Positions 17,590 through 25,374 of a DNA stretch of 29,852 nt are shown here, one piece after another (the stretch's first letter is position 1; every line of letters begins with the position of its first letter). The DNA is taken from positions 1-29,852 of the forward strand of contig DATDOR010000159.1 in assembly GCA_035293165.1 (NCBI GenBank), read 5' to 3'. The notes beneath the pieces are model-generated. The model worked only from the letters and a program-made list of their open reading frames with translations, did no database searches and had not been told where the DNA came from. This DNA comes from Anaerolineales bacterium (GTDB lineage Bacteria > Chloroflexota > Anaerolineae > Anaerolineales > JABWBV01). Both the position numbers and the translations under genes were made by a program.

Positions 17590-18353
17590 ATGACCCCCAC
17601 CCTCCTCATCACCGGCGGCTCCGGCAACTTAGGCCGCAAACTCATCCCCCATCTGCTTAAAGAAGGCTATTCTGTCCGCGTTTCCAGCCGCAGCGACCGC
17701 AAACCCAACTTCTTTCCTGAAGCAGAATGGGTACGCGCTACCCTCGAAACCGGCGAAGGACTGGCCGAAGCGGTGCGCGGTGTTGATACGATCATCCACG
17801 CGGCGTCGGACGTGATGAACGCAAAAAAAATAGACGCAGTGTACCTGCTCCGGGAAGTGTTCGACTACGAATATGCCGAAATCGCCAAAATTGTAGACAA
17901 AACCGAAGACAACTGCCACCAGGTCTTCAGCCGTGCCAAACACTACATCACCCAACGTCGCCCGCGCTTTAAACCCAATCCCGAAGAGGAGCACCGTCTC
18001 GTCGAGCAGTTCCTGGAAACCCTCAATGGTGGAAACATGGATGACCTGCTCGAAATCCTGGCCCAAGACATCGTCGTCTACTCGGACGGGGACGGGAAAG
18101 CGTTTGCGGCCAAGAAACCGGTCGTGGGGATTGAACTGGTCGCCCGGTTCTTCTTCGGCATCGTCAAACAGGCTCCTCCCAGTTTGGAGGTGAGATTTGC
18201 CGGCTCGAATGGCCTGCCATCATCAACTTTATTGACGGGGTTCCCCACAGCGTGCTGGCGTTCCAGATTTTCGACGGGCGGATTCAGAATGTGTTTGCGG
18301 TGTTGAACCCGGATAAGTTGAGGAATGTTCGTTTTTACACGACAAACGACTAA
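17590..18353 (+). pseudogene. Chimeric remnant: 5' end of an NAD(P)-binding SDR gene joined in frame to the 3' part of an ECF41/SigJ-type sigma factor gene, with a later frameshift
   Basis: aa 1-82 ITGGSGNLG...VDTIIHAAS; from 17836 AVYLLREVFDYEYAEIA...NCHQVFSRAK (sigma region 4) and YSDGDGK (SnoaL-like, DGGG-type motif). The frame from 18219 gives IINFIDG...IQNVFAVLNPDKL to TAA at 18351-18353. Confidence 0.8.
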
Positions 18354-18361
18354 TCTTCCTG

Positions 18362-20176
18362 CTAGTTTGAAATGGGCCAGAGAAATAAGGCCATTAACAC
18401 GACGATGATCGCAACGAGAATCGTTAGAGGAGTACCTACTTTTAGAAAGTCGTTAAACTGATACCGCCCAGGGCCATATATCAATAAATTTCCGTGATGT
18501 CCAATGGGGGTTAGAAAGGAAACGACAGCTGCCATGGCTACGGCAATTACATAAGGTTGGGGAGATTGGTCGAGCGCCAAAGCGAGAGAAACCGCGACCG
18601 GCCCAAGCAAAGCAGTTGTCCCTGCATCAGACATCAACTGAGTGATAATTGCAGAGATGACAAATAAAATGAGTAAAACAAGAAAAGGGGGCCATCCAGC
18701 GACTATCGTTTGCAACCAACTGGCGATTAATTCAGATAGCCCGGTTTTCACCATAGCTAACCCCAAAGGAATCGCACCTGCAATAAATACATAAATGCGT
18801 GTATCTATGGATTTATATGCCTGTTGAAGCGATATACACCTGGTCAGGATCACGGCAGTTGCTCCCGCTAACAAAGCAATGTCCACCGGAAGCAGATTGA
18901 ATGCTGCCGCCAGAACGGTCACAATCATAATGCCCCCGACTAACCCGGCCTTATAGCGGCGCTGGGGTTCTCCATGAAATGGAGCGAGCATGAGAAAAGC
19001 ACGGGTTTCATTTAACCGGCTGATGGCTGCTTTATCTCCCATCAGCACCAGAACATCTCCGGGGCGCAATGCCACGCGGGAAAGTTCTGCGCGCATCCAC
19101 CCTTTTTGCCGCCATATTCCAACGACTAATAAACCATATCGCCGTCGAAAGTCTAATTTTGCCAGGGTTTGCCCCACCAGTTCAGAACTGGGGGCAACGA
19201 CTGCCTGCACAAGCTGTTTTTGACCATTATCATCGTCCTTCTCGGTGCCATTCCCGTTTTCCTGGTACTTTACGACAGGATGCAAGGCCATTCCTGGTGC
19301 TTCCTGGATGGCGGCCAATTCCTCCGGTGTCGTCCGTACCGTGAGCACATCTCCTTCCCGGACCTTTCGCGAGCGGAACGGTTTGGGTGTAATACGGCCG
19401 AACCGCAGCCACGTGACTACTTTAAAATGGTGGCTATCTTCATTCTCTATTTCCTCAATGGTTTTTCCGATAAAGTCCGAACCAGTCAAAACCAGGATTT
19501 CTGTGTAATATCCATCCAGACGAAAACTTTCCCCATCTATATCGCCCGCTGGCCGATCAGGGAGAAGGAAGCGGCCTGCCAGAAGCATAAACAGGATACC
19601 GGCAACGGATATAACCAACCCAATGGGAGCAATAGAAAATATCCCCAACCCCGATTGCCCGGCTTGTTTGAGCAGGCTATCCGCAATGAGGAAAGCGGGT
19701 GCGCCCAGGATGGTGATCGTGGTTCCCAGAGAAGCTGCAAAGGACATTGGCATGAGCAATCGAGAAGGAGAAATGTTTTGCTCCCGGCAAAGTTTAAGGG
19801 TGACGGGGAGCATTATGGCTGTAATCGTTACGTGATGTGTAAAGGCGGATAGGGCCGCGACGGCCAACATCATCACGACCATGACCCGGTTGTAGCCTTG
19901 CCCCGCAACTTGAACGATCCAATTCCCAATGTGGTCAGAGAGACCTGTAGCGTAGAAAGCCCCACTGAGAACAAAGATCGCCGCAATTACAATCGCCGGT
20001 TCACTACTGAACCCAGATAAAGCCTCTTCTGGCCCCAAAATTCCTGAAACCGCCAGGGCGACGATGATTATAACAGCGGTCAAATCCACCCGAATTTTTT
20101 CGGTTATTAGAAGGAAAAAAGCCGCGATGAGGATGAGAATCAATAATACCTGATGAAGATCAAGGGGAATGTTCAT
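18362..20176 (-). CDS. SLC13/DASS (CitMHS-like) permease with two TrkA-C domains
   Basis: TEKIRVDL, ALSGFSSE, MPMSFAASLGTTITILG, two soluble TrkA-C-like repeats, FLTPIGHHGNLLIYGPGRYQFNDFLKVG. Confidence 0.9.
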   Translation of the reverse strand: MNIPLDLHQVLLILILIAAFFLLITEKIRVDLTAVIIIVALAVSGILGPEEALSGFSSEPAIVIAAIFVLSGAFYATGLSDHIGNWIVQVAGQGYNRVMVVMMLAVAALSAFTHHVTITAIMLPVTLKLCREQNISPSRLLMPMSFAASLGTTITILGAPAFLIADSLLKQAGQSGLGIFSIAPIGLVISVAGILFMLLAGRFLLPDRPAGDIDGESFRLDGYYTEILVLTGSDFIGKTIEEIENEDSHHFKVVTWLRFGRITPKPFRSRKVREGDVLTVRTTPEELAAIQEAPGMALHPVVKYQENGNGTEKDDDNGQKQLVQAVVAPSSELVGQTLAKLDFRRRYGLLVVGIWRQKGWMRAELSRVALRPGDVLVLMGDKAAISRLNETRAFLMLAPFHGEPQRRYKAGLVGGIMIVTVLAAAFNLLPVDIALLAGATAVILTRCISLQQAYKSIDTRIYVFIAGAIPLGLAMVKTGLSELIASWLQTIVAGWPPFLVLLILFVISAIITQLMSDAGTTALLGPVAVSLALALDQSPQPYVIAVAMAAVVSFLTPIGHHGNLLIYGPGRYQFNDFLKVGTPLTILVAIIVVLMALFLWPISN

Positions 20177-20232
20177 AACGGTTTTCGCTTTATACAGTTT
20201 TCAGAAAAATTACTTGGGCTCGCAGTTACATT

Positions 20233-20946
20233 CTATACAGGCAAATTTACCGAAACACAGTAATTGAAATTCTCTGTTTCCTCAAATTTCATTTCCCCTT
20301 TATGCGCGAGCACAATCCGATGGGCTAACACGATTCCAAACCCAAGTCCCTTTCTCAGGCGAGGATGGTTTTCAAAATTCTGTTTCGTTGTTTCCAGAGT
20401 ATCATCAAGAAGAATGAATGGATTGATTTTAGGGCCAGAATCAAACAATCTAATCTTGACAACCCTGCCCTCCCACAGCGTTTCCACCATAATCTTCGAG
20501 GATGGCGGAGAACATAAGATACTGGCGTAAATGAGATTACCTAAGGCTTGAGCGAGTCGATCTGGATCAGCATAAATATCTGACAGATTTTCACTAAAAT
20601 GGAGTTTCCATTGGAGCTTTTTTTCTGGGGCAATTTCTTGCCAGGTAGCCAAAATGGTTGTTAACCATTTAGAAAGATTGATTTTACGGCGGCTAAGTTT
20701 GATTTTCCCCGTTCGAATGCTTTGTAACAGAATCCAGTTTTCAAATAGATAGCGAAGGTAACGAAGTTCATTATCCATTCCGCCAAGCAGGTCACGGCGC
20801 AGTTCAGGATCCTGAACTGCGCCGTTCAATAGGGCCTGGTTTGCAGAAAGCGTTCCCCCCAATGAACTGCCAATATCTGTAACAAGGCTGGGTAACAACA
20901 ATTTTTCCATGTTTTCCAGGAATGTATTCACGTCAACCTGCCCCAT
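20233..20946 (-). CDS. Histidine-kinase-like protein lacking the phospho-acceptor His (pseudo-kinase)
   Basis: HisKA-like helix LVTDIGSSLGG...GAVQDPELRRDLLGGMDNE; ADPDRLAQALGNL; degenerate boxes DSGPKI and GLGFGIV...IVLAHKG. AAGGAG RBS. Confidence 0.75.
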   Translation of the reverse strand: MGQVDVNTFLENMEKLLLPSLVTDIGSSLGGTLSANQALLNGAVQDPELRRDLLGGMDNELRYLRYLFENWILLQSIRTGKIKLSRRKINLSKWLTTILATWQEIAPEKKLQWKLHFSENLSDIYADPDRLAQALGNLIYASILCSPPSSKIMVETLWEGRVVKIRLFDSGPKINPFILLDDTLETTKQNFENHPRLRKGLGFGIVLAHRIVLAHKGEMKFEETENFNYCVSVNLPV

Positions 20947-20989
20947 TTGATCATTGGTCGTAACTCCTTTTGAAAGCTAATCCTAACAA

Positions 20990-21280
20990 CTACCGTCTCA
21001 GGTATATAACTCTACGCCGGAGCAGAAGGCTGGCAATTCCCGTAAAGATGGCCGAACCGAGGGTTGCCCATACGATGGGAATCGTTTGACCTTCAACGGT
21101 GACAGGAAGCAGGAGGGGTAATCCAAAAGATTGGGCCATCCATTGGCCGATAATCGCACCAATGAAGCCCACGACCATGGAGACCAGACATCCCCCGAGC
21201 GTGTATCCTGCAATTGCCTGTCCTAAAGCCCCAACGACGGCAACGATCAAAAGGTAGATGAGAAATCCAACGAGTGTCAT
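20990..21280 (-). CDS. GlsB/YeaQ/YmgE-family (transglycosylase-associated) small membrane protein
   Basis: Three hydrophobic Gly-rich helices, GCLVSMVVGFIGAIIG; GGAGG RBS before ATG 21280. Confidence 0.85.
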   Translation of the reverse strand: MTLVGFLIYLLIVAVVGALGQAIAGYTLGGCLVSMVVGFIGAIIGQWMAQSFGLPLLLPVTVEGQTIPIVWATLGSAIFTGIASLLLRRRVIYLRR

Positions 21281-21307
21281 ATTGCACCTCCAATGCGAAT
21301 TTACATT

Positions 21308-21373
21308 AGGGTAGCAAAGATTTTCGTCGGATGCCTTAAGTTTGGCTTTCCGCAACCTTAAGGAAGGCTTAAG
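21308..21373 (-). promoter_or_regulatory. Regulated promoter P1: phased CTTAAG boxes plus extended -10
   Basis: CTTAAG at 21368, 21357 and 21335 (11 and 22 bp steps), 21-nt spacer, TGc-TACCCT at 21316-21308. Confidence 0.75.
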
Positions 21374-21412
21374 GGAATCGTCTGATGTGCGCTGAACTCT
21401 CGAAAAAAGTTC

Positions 21413-21462
21413 GGTTCTTTGGGAAACGGCGGGGAGGCAACCACGGCAAATCCCAAAGAGCC
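21413..21462. mobile_element. 50-bp MITE, copy 2
   Basis: Same terminal inverted repeats as copy 1; exact 8-bp direct repeat AAAAGTTC at 21405-21412 and 21463-21470. Confidence 0.88.
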
Positions 21463-21478
21463 AAAAGTTCTATTCAGT

Positions 21479-22180
21479 TTATGAGTCAAAGTGTGGAATG
21501 AATTTGTACCCTTTCCCCCGTACCGTGATGATCCGCTCAGGATATTTTGGATCATCTTCAATTTTTTCTCGTAACCAACGGATATGGACATAGACAACCT
21601 GAGGTTGCCCTTCATATTCTGCGCCCCATACCTGATTGATGAGGGAGTCGACCGAAACGACTCGTTCGGGTTCTATGGCCAACGCGTGGAGCAAATCAAA
21701 CTCCCGAGGCGATAAGTTTAGCTCTTCTCCGCGCAAGGTTGCAACAAAACGGATTGGGTTAATCTCTAAATCTCCTACGGAGATGGGGGTATGGATGGCT
21801 GCTTCAGCGGGGTTTTTGATGCGTCGAAGAACCGCTCGGATCCGGGCAATCAAAATGGGCAAATCAAATGGTTTGGTGATGTAATCATCTGCGCCAAGCT
21901 CCAACCCTAGAGCCTCGTCGAATTCACGGCGTCGCGCCGTTAAGAAGATGACGGGAAATGTATGTTGGGTTTTTAATTTTCGTAAAGCTTCGAGGCCATC
22001 CATCCCTGGCAGACCAATATCCATGAGAACCAGGTCTGGTGGATCACGCCGGACGATCTCCAGGGCATCTTCGGCATTTGAGGAGGAAGTGACTTGATAG
22101 CCAGCTTGTTCCAGATTAAATGCAAGACTGCGGCGTAAGAGTTTTTCATCTTCGACCAATAAGATATGATCAGCCATCAT
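21479..22180 (-). CDS. OmpR/PhoB-family response regulator (REC plus winged helix)
   Basis: LLVEDE, phospho-Asp in DLVLMDIGLP, FLTA, ADDYITKPF, LSPREFDLL, VYVHIRWLREKIE, ITVRGKGY. Confidence 0.95.
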   Translation of the reverse strand: MMADHILLVEDEKLLRRSLAFNLEQAGYQVTSSSNAEDALEIVRRDPPDLVLMDIGLPGMDGLEALRKLKTQHTFPVIFLTARRREFDEALGLELGADDYITKPFDLPILIARIRAVLRRIKNPAEAAIHTPISVGDLEINPIRFVATLRGEELNLSPREFDLLHALAIEPERVVSVDSLINQVWGAEYEGQPQVVYVHIRWLREKIEDDPKYPERIITVRGKGYKFIPHFDS

Positions 22181-23495
22181 TCACATCCTTTGTTGGGGGA
22201 AATAGAGGCAGGATGAAGGTAAATGTTGCTCCTTTTCCCGGATTATTTCTGGCCCAAATTTCTCCCCCATGGGTCTGAACAGCCATCCGACAAAAAGCCA
22301 GTCCTAATCCACTTCCGCTTTCTTCCTGTAATCCGGCGGAAAATTTTTCAAAAAGACGGGTTTCAATTTCAGGAGGAATCCCTGTGCCCGAATCTTTGAT
22401 AGAAATCAACACAAACTGATCCTGCGGAAGATGGGAGACTTCCCTTTCCAAATTCCCCTTCGTATCCAGGCATTTTGCACTCATCATCACGCGTCCCCCC
22501 TCTGGCGTAAACTTGAGGGCATTATCAATCAGGTTTTGTAACACGCGCTCTATTAACCGGATATCCCCTTCAATGGGTGGAATATCGCGGGAGATACGCC
22601 TGGATAGATGTATGTTTTTTTCCTGAGCCAATGGAGTCTGCGCCTTAATCACTTTTTGAACCAACCTTGAAATTGAAAATGGCTTAGGCTCAAGCGGTAC
22701 TCCTTCCCGTTCTAGTTTATGTACATCCAAAATATTATCCACTAACCGCGTCATTTTTCTTGCCCCAAGATAAGAGAACTCGATCATTGCAGATTGGTAA
22801 GGGGACAAGTTTTTCGTCTCATTGTAGAGCAACCCACTCAATGAGGACCGGATCGTCGCAAGTGGGTTGCGTAAATCATGAATGAGCGCATGGACCAACT
22901 CATCCCGCAAATTTTCCAGTTTTTGGATTTCCGCGATTTTCTGTTCAAGCGTTTTGTCTTTTTCTCGTAAGGCATCGAGAACTTGAACAAGTTCCTGATT
23001 TTGCTGGAGAATTTCTTCCAGCAAGGAGAGGGGCATCTCACTTGTGAGCGTCTCACGCCATTCCTTCACATCCTCTTTTGTCACATAGGATGTCCAGGAA
23101 GGAAACGGTTGCGCAAGCACAACCCCAATAGGTTTTCCTTCTTCAGCCTGAATTGAGAATCGGGTTGCAAGATTTTGTGTGCTACCCAGCCACTTTAGTA
23201 AATCTGGTCTGGATAAGGGGGGCTGTTGGCGTTGATCAACGGACGGAATGAAGTTTTTGGACTCTCGAAGGGTAACTTGAAGCCATTGTTTTTCCTCCTC
23301 ATCATGGATGTCGTAAGAAATATGAACACATTGACAGTAATAGTGCAGGCTTTGTGCGATTTGAGAGACTGCCGTAGTAAGTCGAGCATGATTCCCGATG
23401 GACAATTTGACCAGACGGGCAAGTTTTTGTGTCCATTGGCGAGCCAATTGAACCTCTTGCTGATTTTGGATCCATAGTTCTCCAATGTGGATCAT
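22170..23495 (-). CDS. Cytoplasmic sensor histidine kinase with a degenerate RsbT-like N-terminal domain
   Basis: H-box IHDLRNPL, N-box NLIDNALKF, DSGTGI, LFEKF, GSGLGLAF; no TM segment. N-terminus EVQLARQ...LARLVKL....ARLTTAVSQIA resembles RsbT. Confidence 0.88.
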   Translation of the reverse strand: MIHIGELWIQNQQEVQLARQWTQKLARLVKLSIGNHARLTTAVSQIAQSLHYYCQCVHISYDIHDEEEKQWLQVTLRESKNFIPSVDQRQQPPLSRPDLLKWLGSTQNLATRFSIQAEEGKPIGVVLAQPFPSWTSYVTKEDVKEWRETLTSEMPLSLLEEILQQNQELVQVLDALREKDKTLEQKIAEIQKLENLRDELVHALIHDLRNPLATIRSSLSGLLYNETKNLSPYQSAMIEFSYLGARKMTRLVDNILDVHKLEREGVPLEPKPFSISRLVQKVIKAQTPLAQEKNIHLSRRISRDIPPIEGDIRLIERVLQNLIDNALKFTPEGGRVMMSAKCLDTKGNLEREVSHLPQDQFVLISIKDSGTGIPPEIETRLFEKFSAGLQEESGSGLGLAFCRMAVQTHGGEIWARNNPGKGATFTFILPLFPPTKDVNDG

Positions 23496-23501
23496 ATTCT
23501 A

Positions 23502-23510
23502 AATATAACA
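23502..23510 (-). promoter_or_regulatory. Extended -10 placed for a leaderless kinase-regulator transcript
   Basis: Minus strand TG-t-TATATT, 6 nt, then ATG 23495; no SD sequence. Confidence 0.5.
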
Positions 23511-23593
23511 TATCAATTCGGTTATTGAAACAACGAGTTTTCAATGAAAAAGCAACGGAAATCCCTTAAGGTTGTTTTGGTCAACAGTAGTAT

Positions 23594-23624
23594 GTACACC
23601 CCCAAACACACCTTTTTTTCGGGA
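23594..23624. repeat. Right arm only of the CCCGAAAAAAGG hairpin repeat
   Basis: gtacacccccaaacacacctttttttcggga matches the arms at 15632-15670 and 29779-29802. Confidence 0.65.
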
Positions 23625-23664
23625 ATCTCGTTGTTCACACTTTCGTTGACGAATACAGAAATCC

Positions 23665-23730
23665 CTTAAGGTCGCCTTAAAGTGAATAAAAGGGTGAGTT
23701 AAGGACATGCAAAGTTGAACTTGTTATCAT
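23665..23730 (+). promoter_or_regulatory. Regulated promoter P2: phased CTTAAG boxes plus extended -10
   Basis: CTTAAG 23665, CTTAAA 23676, GTTAAG 23698, 21-nt spacer, TGt-TATCAT at 23722-23730. Confidence 0.75.
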
Positions 23731-23763
23731 CAGGATCAAAACCCGAAAGCAGATGCAAAATTC

Positions 23764-23853
23764 CAAGTGCCAGGGCTGAGTTGGGAAATGCTTAAAAGTC
23801 CTGTGGCGAAGAATGCCCTAGCCTCCTCTTCTACATAGCAGCCCTGGCACTTG
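23764..23853 (+). other. Long-range hairpin in the predicted 5' leader
   Basis: Perfect 15-bp inverted repeat caagtgccagggctg (23764-23778) / cagccctggcacttg (23839-23853), followed by a T6 run. Confidence 0.6.
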
Positions 23854-23913
23854 TTTTTTCGAAATGCTGAATTCGAGAATCAATCCCTATTCAGTAACAC
23901 CAAGGAGATAAAC

Positions 23914-24465
23914 ATGGATACCACGACTTTAATTATTACACTTGCAACCATCGTCATTGTCATCGTCGGATTACCTCTGGCATTTGTATTTATCCGCAGG
24001 CAACGGACGCAGCAGTTACAAAAAGCGTTCGGCCCTGAATATGACCGCATGAGCCATGAAATGGGGAACCAACGGCAAGCGGAGAAAGAACTAGAAGAAC
24101 GGCGAAAAAGAGTTGAGTCTTTACAACTACGGACACTAACCACGGATGAGAGTCAACGTTTTCAAAGGGACTGGATTCAAACACAAACCGAGTTCGTAGA
24201 TAACCCAAGTAGGGCAGTAGAAAAAGCTCATCACCTGGTCGTCGAAGCCCTTTTAGCGCGCGGCTATCCGAACAGCAAATATGAAGATCGGGTCGCGGAT
24301 ATCTCTGTGGATTATCCTGAATTGGTTTCAAATTATCGTAATGCCCGCGCCATCAGGAAGCATGACCAACAAAACGGAGCAACCACGGACGAACTCATGT
24401 TGTCGTTTACCCAATATCGTAGTTTGTTTGAAGAGTTGATACAGCCTGAAGAAAATGGAAGTTGA
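23914..24465 (+). CDS. Conserved hypothetical membrane-anchored protein
   Basis: AAGGAG RBS; N-terminal TM helix, then FGPEYDR, FVDNP..AV..A..LV....L.ARGYP, ADISVDYP, Y..LFEEL, a pattern I recognise from an uncharacterised family. Confidence 0.8.
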   Translation: MDTTTLIITLATIVIVIVGLPLAFVFIRRQRTQQLQKAFGPEYDRMSHEMGNQRQAEKELEERRKRVESLQLRTLTTDESQRFQRDWIQTQTEFVDNPSRAVEKAHHLVVEALLARGYPNSKYEDRVADISVDYPELVSNYRNARAIRKHDQQNGATTDELMLSFTQYRSLFEELIQPEENGS

Positions 24466-24492
24466 TTTCCATTTCTTCGAAGGAGCTATTGA

Positions 24493-25347
24493 ATGTACAA
24501 ATTTAAAGTTCTCTCCAAATCAAATTGGGAAGGCAAGGATGATTTTTACGCGATTCAAACTTGTGCGATGTCTGTTCGATGTCAGCAGAAACCAACAAAC
24601 GAAGATTTCGTCTTTCACCGGGCAACTCAGATGCCCAGTGGACATCCCATTGCCTTGTTGGTCGTGTGTGATGGCATGGGCGGCTACCAGGTTGGAAGTT
24701 TTGCAAGCGAGTTGGCCACGCATATTGTGACGACAGAGATTGGGAAATTATTTCCCCATGAAGACTTCCTCCATACCCATATCGAACAGCCCACTATTCC
24801 CAGGGCTAGTAAATTGCAAACCTGGCTAAAGGAAACTGTCCAAGAGGCCAATCGCCTGATCTTTGAATACGCAAGTAACCAGCCGGAAATCAGGCATTCC
24901 GGTACCCGGATGACACTCGCTTTAATACAATGCAGGACAGCTTATATTGCCCATGTTGGAGACACGAGGGCGTATTTGTGGCGAAATTTTGAATTAACCC
25001 AAATCACAGAGGATCATTCCATCGCAGCCGAGTTGGAGAAAGGGGGGATTCTGGAACCAACTAAAGCTCTAAATCATCCCTTCCGAAAAATTCTTTTCCG
25101 GTCAGTTGGAACCCAACCAGAAGTCAAGCCAGAAATCTACACCATCTCCCTACGGCCTGGGGACAAATTGATGCTTTGCTCGGATGGACTGTGGAACGCG
25201 TTTGATGATGTTCATCCCTTAGCGGATATTTTGGAAAATGATTTTCACCCAAACAATCTTAGTGCCATGCTCATTGATGAAGCACGAGTCCGAAATAACC
25301 GGGATGATATTAGTGTCGCACTGGCATGTGTAAATACCCTTTCTTGA
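24493..25347 (+). CDS. PP2C/PPM-family Ser/Thr protein phosphatase (PrpC/Stp-like)
   Basis: NED, VVCDGMGG, AHVGDTRAY, TEDHS, LMLCSDGLW, RDDISV; AAGGAG RBS. Confidence 0.92.
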   Translation: MYKFKVLSKSNWEGKDDFYAIQTCAMSVRCQQKPTNEDFVFHRATQMPSGHPIALLVVCDGMGGYQVGSFASELATHIVTTEIGKLFPHEDFLHTHIEQPTIPRASKLQTWLKETVQEANRLIFEYASNQPEIRHSGTRMTLALIQCRTAYIAHVGDTRAYLWRNFELTQITEDHSIAAELEKGGILEPTKALNHPFRKILFRSVGTQPEVKPEIYTISLRPGDKLMLCSDGLWNAFDDVHPLADILENDFHPNNLSAMLIDEARVRNNRDDISVALACVNTLS

Positions 25348-25374
25348 GATTGAACGATATGGAGGATAAGGTCG

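Noticed and set aside
20218-20229. ctcgcagttac as another end of the GTAACT family
   Set aside because: Only partial match and no partner end or internal motif nearby.
8901-21462. Possible CRISPR repeats or riboswitch for the two 50-bp copies
   Set aside because: Only two copies 12.5 kb apart, no spacers or cas genes; flanking 8-bp duplications favour a MITE.
21358-21615. 85-aa minus-strand ORF upstream of the GlsB-like gene
   Set aside because: Overlaps the regulator 3' end in another frame and crosses the MITE and the operator boxes.
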